A DNA stretch of 64,000 nt, taken from contig OZ361261.1 in the NCBI GenBank assembly GCA_977018835.1, forward strand, positions 1,178,001 through 1,242,000, given 5' to 3'. The DNA comes from Minutocellus sp. GHC0000111 (Eukaryota). The translations under genes and the position numbers were made by a program. The notes under the pieces were generated by a model. It searched no databases and was not told where the DNA came from. It saw nothing but the letters and a program-made list of their open reading frames with translations. Below, in pieces: positions 47,999-58,930 of this stretch; within the stretch, counting starts at the first letter, position 1, and each line of letters opens with the position of its first letter.

Positions 47999-48158
47999 GC
48001 ATCCAATATCTTATAATATCTACAGTTTGAGCAGTGGTCATCTTCATTGGTGGCCCTGACAACAAGAAGGCTGCAGCAAAGTTGACTCTTTGCGCCTTTT
48101 GTATATGTAGAGTGATTTCACGAGAGAGCAGACACCCCCCTCCGCGATGTTTCGTAAA

Positions 48159-48245
48159 CATTGTACCAACTTCCTTTTATTGATGATCCTTACTCAGAAG
48201 GGTATTGTAGACCATAATCAACAATAAAAGGAAGTTGGTACAATG
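48159..48245. repeat. 87-nt hairpin, 29-bp arms with 1 mismatch
   Basis: CATTGTACCAACTTCCTTTTATTGATGAT (48159-48187) / ATCAACAATAAAAGGAAGTTGGTACAATG (48217-48245). Confidence 0.9.
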
Positions 48246-49953
48246 ATCTTGGTGCTCTTTTAGCACATGATATAGATACGGTATTAGAGTGTTTCTTTTG
48301 GTACACTATTGTTTGAAAATTTATTTTTATGTCGTAGAATACACTTGTGCTGTTTCAAGAAAGAAAAAATACATCAAACTTTATAACGAAACAAAACCCA
48401 TTTCGTTCAACGAATGGGGCCACAACATGTGTCGCCGACGTGCCTCCCATTGAGAACAATCAAGACTACGGGGCACCATACCCTTGTAATAGCCTTTCAC
48501 AACACTGTGGTGCAGCAGGAGACTTGCAATTACTTTTTTGAGCCTTGAAAAATTCGTTCGCGTTAGACCCGATTTTTTCGACAGTTTCCGACGTTCCATC
48601 ACGACCATGTTCGCCCGATGTACAGCACCACCCCGGCCATCGCATACACTCTGACCACCTAGATGCCTTCCTGAATATTACTGGAAGGGATTTTTGGGCG
48701 ATAGCGGTGCGTCGGTGCGTGCCTGTACCGCGAAATGTGGCCCAGCGCCATTACCACCCCCATTACACCACCCATCCGAAAGTTGGTCCGGATGCTTTTA
48801 TGCGGTCCATGCACCACTTCCGTTGCACTGAGCCGTCGACGCTTCACCCATATATATACCAAGCGCATTTGAGTGGGGGGTGGTGGCATTTCTTGACAAT
48901 TCATAGAGAAAACTATTCCCAAAGTCCCGTGTCTGATGTCGGCACCAGATTTCACCTTCATTGCTTCTGCCGCCCGAGAGGAACGAAACCGGAGAAAGCG
49001 GCCAAACCAACACGTGAGATCGATGGATGTAATATAGAATGAGCATCGTGCGTGCTGATATTGCGTGAAGGAACAGTGGTTGAGGCTTGAAGGGGGTTGT
49101 AGTTGGGGATTTGCTACTTTCAGATGTTTTTGCTTTCCATGGTGACGGCCACAATGATACAAAGATGGGGCCCAATATCGACCCTCTGGCGCAAACTTGC
49201 TCCCAATATTACCCAAGTGAAAGTAATGCCGGTCAGGGAGGATTGAAATGGATGTAGACAAGCATCAGCCATCATTCTTTGCCATTTTGACGTAAAAAAT
49301 ATTGAAAATTTCTGGGCATGAGGAGATGTTGCTAAAATAGCACATGATGTACGAATGAGTTTGCTTTCAAGTATGCAATACTCACCTAACGCATGTAGTT
49401 GGCGTATACATCGGTTGGCTTGGAGTTATTTATCGTTATACCATCATTTGGTGGCCTTCTTGTGGAGATGAATTCTCCTTGCTTTCGCCGTGTTGAGAGA
49501 GGCCATTTAGTGGGTTCATTTTTGCGCTGCATAAAGTATCGCACAAAAAAATTTCCTAGTGCCTTACAATTTACGGCGATTTTGTCGGCGGTCTCGTGGA
49601 ATCACTCTATAATCATACTTCATGCATCGTCAATGCGAGTCGATGGTGATTTGTTTGTGAAATAGAATAATTTGATAGATCCAAGTTATCACGAGAACAT
49701 GAGTCATACAATTCAAGTAATATTCTTCAGGTAGATCTACATGTAGGTAGATCTAGCTACATGTAGATCTAACGAATCCATCGGCTCGACATCGTGAAAT
49801 CAAAAGTACAGAGACCAAAAGTTGTGCTCAGGTGCGGGCATAATTCTTGCATGGCGCCACGGCCCCTACCTCTCACCACGCATGCATTGCAGCATTTGTA
49901 GTAGTAGCGCGCCATCGCCCAGGCAGAGGAGGCAGCGAACATGATATGCTGCG

Positions 49954-51702
49954 ATGCATGAGGTCTTGATGAGGGCCCCATATCTCATTGTTCCGTCTGC
50001 CAGCATTGGTTGGGTCCTCTTGCGATCGGCATTCCACCTCACAAGTGTGAGGCTACTTTCATCACATCAAGATGTAGATCTTGGAGGGGACTTGCTATCT
50101 TTCCTACTCGATGGGGGACGTTCGAATGATGCATTTGTCCTGCAACCTGATCCATCACTGCAGTTGCCAAAAGGGGGCTCATTATATCGTCTCGGTGACA
50201 TTCATAAGCAAAGAAAGAATGTCAGATCGAGTCGATCCTTGAGAATACGAAGGTCAGATCCAAATGTCCAACTCACCTGGGACTTGCTTTGGTCTGATTT
50301 TCATGGTGCATTCGACCAGGTATTTCTCCCGAGCGATAGTTTGCATATGAGCATTCCCTGGAGAGAGCCGCATGAGCCGATGTTCTTGGTAGTCTATGCA
50401 GGCAACCGAAGTGACGTTAGAGTTGAGTATGTGGAGGGGCAGGAAATCACATACAATTCTACGATGATGGAGGCATTCAACTTTCCCCGTCGGGATCTTT
50501 TCTATCGGAAACGATCAGGCACAGGGGGCAAGGTCACATTGTGCACTCAAATAACGCCGGAGCGGTTGAGATACTTGTTCCATATCACGAATGCTTGGGG
50601 TGGCCCTGTATCAGCTGCAATTTATGTCGGTCACAAAGGAAGTCAGGATGAGGAGCTTGCATACATCAATAGATTCTGGGTCGACCTCGGGGATGATATT
50701 CGCGGAAATTTGGACATTCATATTGTCTACGATGATGGAAGACCGTGGTACTCAACGACAGAAATACCAAACCATAGAATGGGCAACAATCCGTACCCGA
50801 TAAATCTACTTCGACAGATCGCAGTGGACTGCGTCAAGACCGAGTGGTTGTACGTGACGGAGGGCGACATGCTGACAATTCCAAACGCTCATCAGATCAT
50901 CTTAGATTCGTGGCAGGATATGATGGCGGCATACAGCAAGCACAGCGGTGCGGGCTTTGTTGTGCCGCTTTATAAAGCCAGAACCCCGATGGATGGTGAT
51001 CAGGTGCAAACATTTCCGAAGAATCGGCAAGAACTGATCACAAAAAGAATCTCCGAGGTTTACCAACGCTCTGGGGATGTATTTCATAACCAACGACTGA
51101 CTGACTTTGAAGGGTGGGAAAATCTTCCACATGGTAGCGCCAATTATTTACCATATCACAGATCTGGTATTGAGTCAATGATTTGTGATCCTGGTAGAGA
51201 GCCAGAGCAAGAACCGTACTATATCGTGAAGAAATCAGATCTCGCACCGTACAACGTCCTTTTCGCGGGAATGTGGTGGGACAAAACCACACAAATAATT
51301 GATGCCTGTAACTGTGGCTTGGCCTTTGTGCTTCATCCTGATCTATTCACTGTAATATTCGACGAGCCAAAGGAATCGACTCAGCAAGGTGCTTGGGCCA
51401 TGCATAGAGCGAATTGGCGCCAAAAGATGATATTTATGACTGGTCCGGTCTACTCGCAGGAATATCAGAAGACTCAATTGGCCCTCGACACTAGTCGCAG
51501 CATGTGTTCCCAGGTTGCCGATGTCCCTATTAGCGAGCCACAACCTTATCGGCCGTGGGTGCCATATTGGTTGATAAAGGAAATGGGTACTCTAAAGCGG
51601 ACCTTGCGTGTCTCACAAGCATTGGGTATCGCAGACGAAAATAAGGTTGTTTCGGGAAAGGTTAGTCTCAAGGCCAACCGAAAACCTCCGCAACGAAGTT
51701 GA
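49954..51702 (+). CDS. LARGE-like glycosyltransferase (GT49); start uncertain
   Basis: VTLCTQ, WGGPVSAAIY, YPINLLRQIA, EPYYIV, F.G..WDK..QI. Confidence 0.8.
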   Translation: MHEVLMRAPYLIVPSASIGWVLLRSAFHLTSVRLLSSHQDVDLGGDLLSFLLDGGRSNDAFVLQPDPSLQLPKGGSLYRLGDIHKQRKNVRSSRSLRIRRSDPNVQLTWDLLWSDFHGAFDQVFLPSDSLHMSIPWREPHEPMFLVVYAGNRSDVRVEYVEGQEITYNSTMMEAFNFPRRDLFYRKRSGTGGKVTLCTQITPERLRYLFHITNAWGGPVSAAIYVGHKGSQDEELAYINRFWVDLGDDIRGNLDIHIVYDDGRPWYSTTEIPNHRMGNNPYPINLLRQIAVDCVKTEWLYVTEGDMLTIPNAHQIILDSWQDMMAAYSKHSGAGFVVPLYKARTPMDGDQVQTFPKNRQELITKRISEVYQRSGDVFHNQRLTDFEGWENLPHGSANYLPYHRSGIESMICDPGREPEQEPYYIVKKSDLAPYNVLFAGMWWDKTTQIIDACNCGLAFVLHPDLFTVIFDEPKESTQQGAWAMHRANWRQKMIFMTGPVYSQEYQKTQLALDTSRSMCSQVADVPISEPQPYRPWVPYWLIKEMGTLKRTLRVSQALGIADENKVVSGKVSLKANRKPPQRS

Positions 51703-52593
51703 GATGGTGATTATCTATTTCTTAGAGAATAAAAGACATGTACAGGCGCCATCAGATCATATTTAATTATGCATTTAGAAGATATAGGATTCCTATATAT
51801 GAAAGATTTTGCTTTTGCATGCATCCCCGCCCACCTCTGTACACATTGCAGCCAGCCATCTTTTGCTTACCCACAGCAAACTAATTTTGTTGCAACGCTC
51901 CTTCCAACAGAAACATAATGCCCAATCTCCAGCTCCGCCCACCCTTTCATCCGCCGCCTGCATCTGGTCCATCTTGTATTCCTCCACCCACGCCCTGATA
52001 CCGATGCTGCAGTCCAGCCGCACCGGCAGTGTTGAGATTGCATGCGGTGGTATTGCTGCTGTTCCGGATCATTTTCCTCATGAGGGCCTGACGGATGGCC
52101 ACGGGATTGAAATGCGATGCACCGATGGAGGAACCAAAGGGATGATTCATACTGGCATATACCGCCCGATCGTGGGAGGATCCGTCCTGCGGCGTGGGAA
52201 GGTGCAAGTCCGAAGCCGACGCTTTGGCACGGGCTGCTACCTCCGGCGTCAGCTCGAAGTTGGCTACCCAGTCAGGTGGGGCACGTGTAGGCTTGCGGGT
52301 CGATAATGATGGATCTGGAGGAAGCTGAGAGGCACCCGTCAGTTCGAATTTTGCATGCATGGCGTGACGTGACGCCACAATGAGAGGCAGCATCGAAAAA
52401 CGGTTCTTTTTCAGCTGGTAGTCATCATGATGCTGCTGCTTTCTACGGTAGGCCTACCTTTCTTGTTGTGTGTACAGCAAGCCAACCAAGCCAGCAACAA
52501 TTGCCTACAATTGATTCGATGCGGCTTGGTCGGCTTTGATGGACATCTTCCATGGGTTGGTGTTGGTTGATCTTCATGTTCGTCATGCAAATA

Positions 52594-53094
52594 AGGTGGC
52601 AGATCCCCTTGTTTAGTTCTTCATGATAGTTTTCGGGGTGTTGATAAAGTTGATCAAAATTTCCCATGCTTCCACCATGGTGAAACACTGGTTGGCGTAT
52701 CTTCAGCATTAGCCCACCCCCCGCGGTATTCTTGCATGAATAGATCAATCACATGCTTGTTGGCAATATCCTTGAAAAGTACCGCGGGGAAAGGGCTGTG
52801 TGTCGAGTATTCCATGTGCACTTTTCAGCTGTTTCGCTTGCTTTCCCGCGTTGAGAGGCGTTTCTGGTGATGTGCGTTTTCTCGACACACAGCCTTTCCT
52901 GCCTGATATCCTTCCGTGGGGCCACCAACCATTATATGTTGAATGCAGTCCTGAAAGGATACCAGGGAGGGTGGGCTGGTATTGAAGATACAGCAGGCAC
53001 CCATTTCGCCATGGTCCGACGTGCAATTTTGCATGCTAATTTATCAACACCCCGAAAAATATCATGAAGAACGAAACAAGGGGATCTGCCACCT
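52594..53094. mobile_element. 501-bp foldback/long-TIR non-autonomous element with TA TSD
   Basis: TA|AGGTGGCAGATCCCCTTGTTT…AAACAAGGGGATCTGCCACCT|TA; outer ~55 bp with 2 mismatches; imperfect symmetry continues ~215 bp per arm. Confidence 0.85.
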
Positions 53095-53243
53095 TAAATG
53101 CTTGTTTCGTTTTGCATTTGAAAGGGATTACCAATCACCTTACCGGGACCAACATGGCATCCGGGATCAGAGACCAACACCGCTGACCATTCGTCTCGCT
53201 CATTTCTTCTTCTTCTGAGTTCCACACCCAATAGCAACGAATA

Positions 53244-53830
53244 ATGAGCCAGGCCTTCATCCAACGAATCGTCAACTATGTGGCCAATGTGCGTATCTTT
53301 TGATGTGGTTTTCATGCGTCGATTTCCATATTGCATTTGATATCTGTGGCACATCTTGTGCTGGTTTCTTTCTCCCGCCCTCCGCTGGCCCGACGGCATT
53401 TTTTCATTCGCATGACTCACCAAACAGTCCGTTCTTTGCTACATGCATATGCCTCTTTCCTCAAATGTATTTCTTTCTATACATCGATCCACTTGCGTGC
53501 GTGTTGCACGCTCCGCAGGAGGTGCTGATCAAGGGCTTGTCAAACTCCAAGACCTTCCAGCGCTTCGCCCTCCGGACCGACCACCACGTCCAGCAGTACA
53601 AGAAGAAGGGACAGGAGCACGTCAACGAGGCTCTGGACGACTTGCACAAGACCGCGACCGAAACCATGTACAAGGCCCAGGCCGAGGCGCGGGCCAGCGG
53701 ATATGCCGGAAGCAGCGGTAGCAAGGCGTCGGCGGCAGCAGGTCCACCGACTCCGCCGGCGAGGGGGTTCGGCGGATTCGTATCGGCATTTGGGAAGGAA
53801 ATTAAGAAGGATTTGGGATTCGGACGGTAG
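53244..53830 (+). CDS. Small conserved protein (possibly NCBP2AS2/Mrx7-like); exons 53244-53288, 53519-53830
   Basis: Spliced MSQAFIQRIVNYVAN|EVLIKGLSNSKTFQRFALRT; in-frame GT-AG intron; biased codon use. Confidence 0.7.
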
Positions 53831-54164
53831 CCGGTAGCGTGCATGTGGCACGCACTTGTACAAATGAATGGATGTGAGGAGTATACATACATCTACATGC
53901 ACAAAGAAGTTGAAAAGGTGGAATTCAATTGCGGTGAATTGAGGTTTATGCGCCGCAAACATTTGCGCGAGAGTTGAGGCGGCCATTGGGTGTCAGTTAC
54001 TACGTAGTCATATTGCAGATTTTTTCGCATGTGCATATAAACTTTCGCAACAATGTGATATCCGATGCTGTTATTGCGCAATGCATCTTCCCTTGCTTGC
54101 GTCGTAAAGTTGCGCGCGTTTACATCCTTGTATTATATATTTGGTTTGTACAAAAATATTTGAT

Positions 54165-55091
54165 TTAACTGGACGATGCGGCAGCGGTAGCAATCTCCTG
54201 ACTGGACTCGATCCAGGTCTTGAGAACCTCGGTGGCCTTGCCGCTCTGCAACGTCTTCTTGGCCAACGCCACGCCCTCCTCGATGGTGTCGGTCAGTCCG
54301 TACACATAGCACCCGACACCGGCATTGAGACAGATGGAATCTCGCTTGGCGTTCATTTCCTCCCCGCCCAGTAGAACCTTGCGGAACTCTTCGGCATTCT
54401 CCACCGGTCCACCGCCCCGCAGATCCTCCACCTTACAGCGTTCAATACCGACATCCAGCGGGTCGAAGGTGAATTCCTTGGTCTCGTACACCTTGGGCTC
54501 GCCCTCGGGGGCCACGTTCTTGATTTCCAAAATGGTGGCCGGTCCCAACGGACTGATCTCGTCCAGCCCCACGCCATGGATGACGACGGCATGGTCCACC
54601 CGTCCCACCTCCTTGAGCGCCCCGGCCATGAGCGGCACCAGATGCTCTCCGAACACCCCAATGACCGCCCTCTGCGCCCCGGCGGCGTTGGTCATGGGTC
54701 CCAATATGTTGAAGCAGGTGCGGACGCCCAGCCGCTTCCGTACGGGTGCGACGAATCGCATGGCCGGATGGTTGACCGGGGCAAACATGAAGGCGACGCC
54801 GCACTTTTCCACGCATTGGACCACCTCGGCGGGCTTCAGATCGACCTTGACCCCCAGAGCCTCGAGGACGTCGGCGCTCCCGCACGCGCTCGACACGGAG
54901 CGGTTGCCGGCCTTGGCCACCGTGCAGCCGCACGCGGCGGCCAGGACGACGCTGCCGCCGCTCGATCCAGTCACCATGGCTCGCTTGCCCTCGAGGCTGA
55001 GAGGGGAGGTGGAGGTGCTTGAGAGAGCCAATACCGGTAAGAAAGTAGGGGCAACGAAAACTAGGGCGAAAGTCAAAGCCCTCCGCTGCAT
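54165..55091 (-). other. Chimeric ORF: signal peptide + SDR N-terminus fused to 5'-truncated anthranilate phosphoribosyltransferase (TrpD)
   Basis: LEGKRAMVTGSSGG joins directly to SVVLAAACG…VAKAGNRSVSS..GSADVLEALG…FNILGP..N…GLDEISP. Confidence 0.85.
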
Positions 55092-55202
55092 CGTGTTTTA
55101 TACGAAAAGAGATGCTTTTTGGGATCTATTTTGTGAAGAAGTCGCTGCCTTCCTTGCGGCTTACTGCGGCTGATAGATAATGATGCAGTGCTGTTGCTGG
55201 AG

Positions 55203-55309
55203 CAAGGAGCAAGTGCTCTCATCTGCTCATCTGGCCGATACTCGTCGTACATGTACGTGCTCAAGGAGCAAGTGCTCTCATCTGCTCATCTGGCCGATAC
55301 TCGTCGTAC
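55203..55309. repeat. 48-bp direct duplication with 11-bp spacer
   Basis: CAAGGAGCAAGTGCTCTCATCTGCTCATCTGGCCGATACTCGTCGTAC at 55203 and 55262. Confidence 0.9.
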
Positions 55310-55615
55310 GTCACATCGTCGCATCGTACCTAGGTAGGCCTACCTAGGCCTAGGTACCTCTAGCTAGCTACTGTAGCTAGAGGTACTTTTAGTACATGTA
55401 CGTAAGTACGTAAGTAGCCAAAATGGTCTGGCCCCCGCCCGTCAAATCTTGACATGGCTTCGCATCGCTTGCTCTTTTTGCTCGTGTTCGCAGCCAAGAC
55501 CAAGTGCGGATAAGGATGCGGATCAGAGCGGCTAGGACGCTCATAAAACAGCCGAATCAAAAACCGAAAACCAAATCAATTCTCAAATAAAAAAGCTTCG
55601 CAAACTATTCACTCT

Positions 55616-56362
55616 ATGATATTCTCCCAACATAAAACGCTCTTGCTCCTCACACTTACATGTGCGAGGTTCATCGGCAGTGCCGCCGAATGCATCGAAA
55701 CAACCGATGTCTATGACGATGTCTGTTCATTCGGGGGGGACAGAACAACTTGTGGATTTCTTCCTGGATGCAACTGGAGCGGTGGTGCCTGCGTTGGTGC
55801 TGAATGCTCAAGGCATACGCATGAAAACTCTTGTAACAATGAGATGGGATGCTTCTGGGTGGATGGCGTCCTTGCCGACAATGTCGGCAATGTAGGCGAC
55901 TACTTTCCACCTCCCGAAGATTTCGAAGACGAGATGGACTTCGACCACAACGACATGTCCGATTGGATGGATCAAGGCCTAGATGATATTTGGTCAGGTG
56001 ATATTCGTGATATTGAAAGTGTTGGGTATGGGCCCAGCGGTCCATCTCTGTGGTCATCTACCGAGGAAAAAGGGATGAAGGACTATAAAGTCAACCTGGC
56101 CGTCAAGACGATACTATTCACTCTCCTTGCCATCGTCTGTTTGGTTGGAGTTGTCATGGTCTCGAAGAAAGCCAAAGAGAGCGACTCCGATACCAACGGC
56201 GATGCAATAAAGGATGATTCTCCAGATGAAAAGAATACACAGCAAAAGAACGGAGAGGATGACGATCAGGATATGACCATTGAGCACGACGAGGAAGAAG
56301 GGCGCAGCTGGACAGAAATTAATGGTGCTCCAACCTATGAGATCGATTCGGACGATGAGTAA
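55616..56362 (+). CDS. Type I membrane protein with two short Cys-rich repeats and acidic tail
   Basis: Signal peptide, C…C…GC.W x2, TM ILFTLLAIVCLVGVVMV. Confidence 0.75.
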   Translation: MIFSQHKTLLLLTLTCARFIGSAAECIETTDVYDDVCSFGGDRTTCGFLPGCNWSGGACVGAECSRHTHENSCNNEMGCFWVDGVLADNVGNVGDYFPPPEDFEDEMDFDHNDMSDWMDQGLDDIWSGDIRDIESVGYGPSGPSLWSSTEEKGMKDYKVNLAVKTILFTLLAIVCLVGVVMVSKKAKESDSDTNGDAIKDDSPDEKNTQQKNGEDDDQDMTIEHDEEEGRSWTEINGAPTYEIDSDDE

Positions 56363-56439
56363 GAAGCGTATCGAGCCCACGCAAAGCACAGTAGTATTGA
56401 AAGCATCGCATAACTGAACTTTATTTACAAGCCACACTT

Positions 56440-57654
56440 TTACTCCTGATCTTCTTTGTCAACCTCCTCCTCATCGTAGTCACCTTCTTCATCAGACGAT
56501 TCTGCTATGCAGAAGAATTCTCCTGCGGCAATGGGCCGTCTTGAAACGATGGCTCCCAAGCCTGACTCCAATTGCACAAGTTCGCAGTTGGGATCCTCTG
56601 ATCGATGCAATTCACAGTCGGGCATATCTTCTTCCGTAAATATGATTGTGTCCTTATCGATATTGTCTGCCGCGTACAGCCCATCTAAATTCGACATTTT
56701 CCCGTCATCATCTTTCTTGCTTGTCGATCCGTCTGCTTCATCGAAATACACATCTTGAGCATAGGAAACAGATGGAACGGCCTTCCCATCATCTTTGCAA
56801 GTCGGCTGTGGCGGTATGATGGTTTTATGCCACCATAGTTTTGTATTGAGTATCAACACATCCCCCTCATTGCATTTCACAATGACTCGACCTTCCTCAC
56901 TTCCAGCAAGTCCAGCAGTCGCAGATAAATCTTCACTTTTCTGCACCTTCCCATTCCTCCCTTCACCATTTCTTCTCTTGATAAGCTCGGCCGTAGGTCG
57001 AATGTGCCATTCCTTGCACCCACTCAACTGATAATGCCACGTTCCATCATGCGAAACTGAATCAGTGTGTTCCGGTCGACCATCGAGATTCATTTCTTTC
57101 GACGCATTTCTTCCAAAAAATATCCAGAGACAAGGTCCGTGGCGCATGTTTTTCTCCGAAGTATCATTGCTAGTTTTGAGAGGAAGCTGTGGCATAGGTA
57201 GACGAGCAAGAGTATCGGCCAAGGTCTTTTCGTCTTGCACTAGAAAACTACAATATCCTCTACGTTCTTCGTCATCGTCATCAGACTGCGCTAAAAACTC
57301 GTCTGGCTTTCCCTTCTTGCCCCCATCACTTTCACCATCACCATTGGCCGCGGCATTCTCTATGCAAAATGTGCCCTTATCATCACCCGTTAAAGAATCA
57401 AAGAAGGCAGCTAGGCCACGCCACGAGAGAGTTCCCTCCTTATCGTTCTGCTGAATTCGAGCAGACTTGATCAGGACAGCTTGATGCTTCTCGTATGCCT
57501 CGAAGAATGCCTCTGAGGAAATGAGACCAGTCTCGGAATCGGCGGTGAGTGTTGGTACGCTTACGGCATCTTGGCAGAGCTCGGTCACTGTGGCCTCGGG
57601 GGAATCAGTGCGCCGACGCTTTGCATTGGGAGCTGGCTGATGACTGGTGGACAT
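56440..57654 (-). CDS. JmjC/cupin-fold dioxygenase-like protein with C-terminal minimal SET-like segment
   Basis: HTD…WHYQLSG.K.W…GDVLILNT.LWWH.T; tail GLYAADNI…HRSEDPNC…SRRPIAAGEFF. Start assumed at MSTSHQ. Confidence 0.75.
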   Translation of the reverse strand: MSTSHQPAPNAKRRRTDSPEATVTELCQDAVSVPTLTADSETGLISSEAFFEAYEKHQAVLIKSARIQQNDKEGTLSWRGLAAFFDSLTGDDKGTFCIENAAANGDGESDGGKKGKPDEFLAQSDDDDEERRGYCSFLVQDEKTLADTLARLPMPQLPLKTSNDTSEKNMRHGPCLWIFFGRNASKEMNLDGRPEHTDSVSHDGTWHYQLSGCKEWHIRPTAELIKRRNGEGRNGKVQKSEDLSATAGLAGSEEGRVIVKCNEGDVLILNTKLWWHKTIIPPQPTCKDDGKAVPSVSYAQDVYFDEADGSTSKKDDDGKMSNLDGLYAADNIDKDTIIFTEEDMPDCELHRSEDPNCELVQLESGLGAIVSRRPIAAGEFFCIAESSDEEGDYDEEEVDKEDQE

Positions 57655-57797
57655 GGTCGAAAAAATGAAAGGCTCGTGTGCCGGCCGGCGGCGGCGGCGG
57701 GGGCGGACGGGGCGCGGGCGGGGGCCAGACGGATTTATGCTGCTTTTGAATTCATAAGCCATTTTTCAAAGCTCAAGCAAACAAGCGCCGGTCAGCA

Positions 57798-58824
57798 ATG
57801 ACGAGAACGACAACATTTACCCTATCGTCGGCACTCTTATATGCGACCGTTGCCGCGACAGGGGGTGACTTTGCATGTCTTCATTCCATATCTTGCCCAG
57901 GACCCGCGGTATCTGGGAAGAAACAAACAAAAACGAGCACATCCAATGACGACCAAGACTCATCGGCATGTGTTGTGCTCAATATGTATTTGCTCGACAT
58001 TCGAGGCGGAAGTGCATCCCCATCAGACAATTATGACCCCGCAATTTGGGAGAGATTCGTCCGAGCAACCAAGGGAGATGAGGCCTTGGCCCAAAGGCGA
58101 TATCAAGAGACCGAGGCGTGGCGCAAGAACAACGGAATAGATGTTCTCTTGTCCGAACCGCATCCGCAATTTACCACGATCAAGCAGCATTATCCACACT
58201 ACTATCATGGCCGGGGCAAACGTGGCGAACCGGTGTACTACGAACTACCGGCCCAAATCAATCTCAAGGAATTGAAACGGAGTGGCATCGACCTGTCCAG
58301 CTTGCTACGACATTATTTGCTGGTTACCGACTTTTGCTGGACTGTCTTGGAAAGGGTACAGCACGGTCCACAATCGCAATCCATTTATGTATTGGATCTT
58401 GAGGGTATAAAGCTGAAGGATTTTGTTGGCGATGTGGCGAAATTTGTCAAGGAAGCCGCGAGCTTGACGTCGCAGCACTATCCTGAATGATCAGGTGGGA
58501 TATTTGTAATCAATGCACCGGTATTCTTTGACGTTTTATGGAAGGTGATCACGCCCATTGTCGACCCATCCACATTGGAAAAAGTCAAGGTAATCAGAGG
58601 AAAGGACAAGATACTGTCGGCTCTAAGAGAGAGAATTCCGTTGAATCAAATTCCGCCAGAATACGGTGGCCGTGGATTGCCACTGGGACATTCAGAGGAG
58701 GAGAGATATCTGGCAGCTTTGATGGAGCACAATACATTTCACCACAGCGGTCACATGAGTTCTGCCCCACAACAGAGGAACGATGCCTGCGAATTTTGCT
58801 ACCAAGCGGCGTTATCTGCTGCCC

Positions 58825-58857
<33 letters not shown>

Positions 58858-58883
58858 ATGAAGGCGCGCCTTCGAGTCGATAG
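57798..58883 (+). pseudogene. CRAL-TRIO/Sec14 protein with in-frame TGA at 58488-58490
   Basis: HGRGKRGEPVYYE, VLDLEG, QHYPE*SGGIFVINAP…T.EKV…IP.EYGG; the frame continues through the stop. Confidence 0.85.
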
Positions 58884-58930
58884 GACCGCGAAAATAAATT
58901 GCACATAATTCCCCTATATACTCTTGTTAT

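Noticed and set aside
48545..49261. Possible Ulp1-like protease or transposon remnant
   Set aside because: Only faint motif resemblance; no convincing catalytic triad in a single frame.
51793..52393. Possible degraded minus-strand gene
   Set aside because: Fragmentary frames without identifiable homology.
58828..58857. (AGT)n microsatellite
   Set aside because: Ordinary poly-Ser tract in a coding tail.
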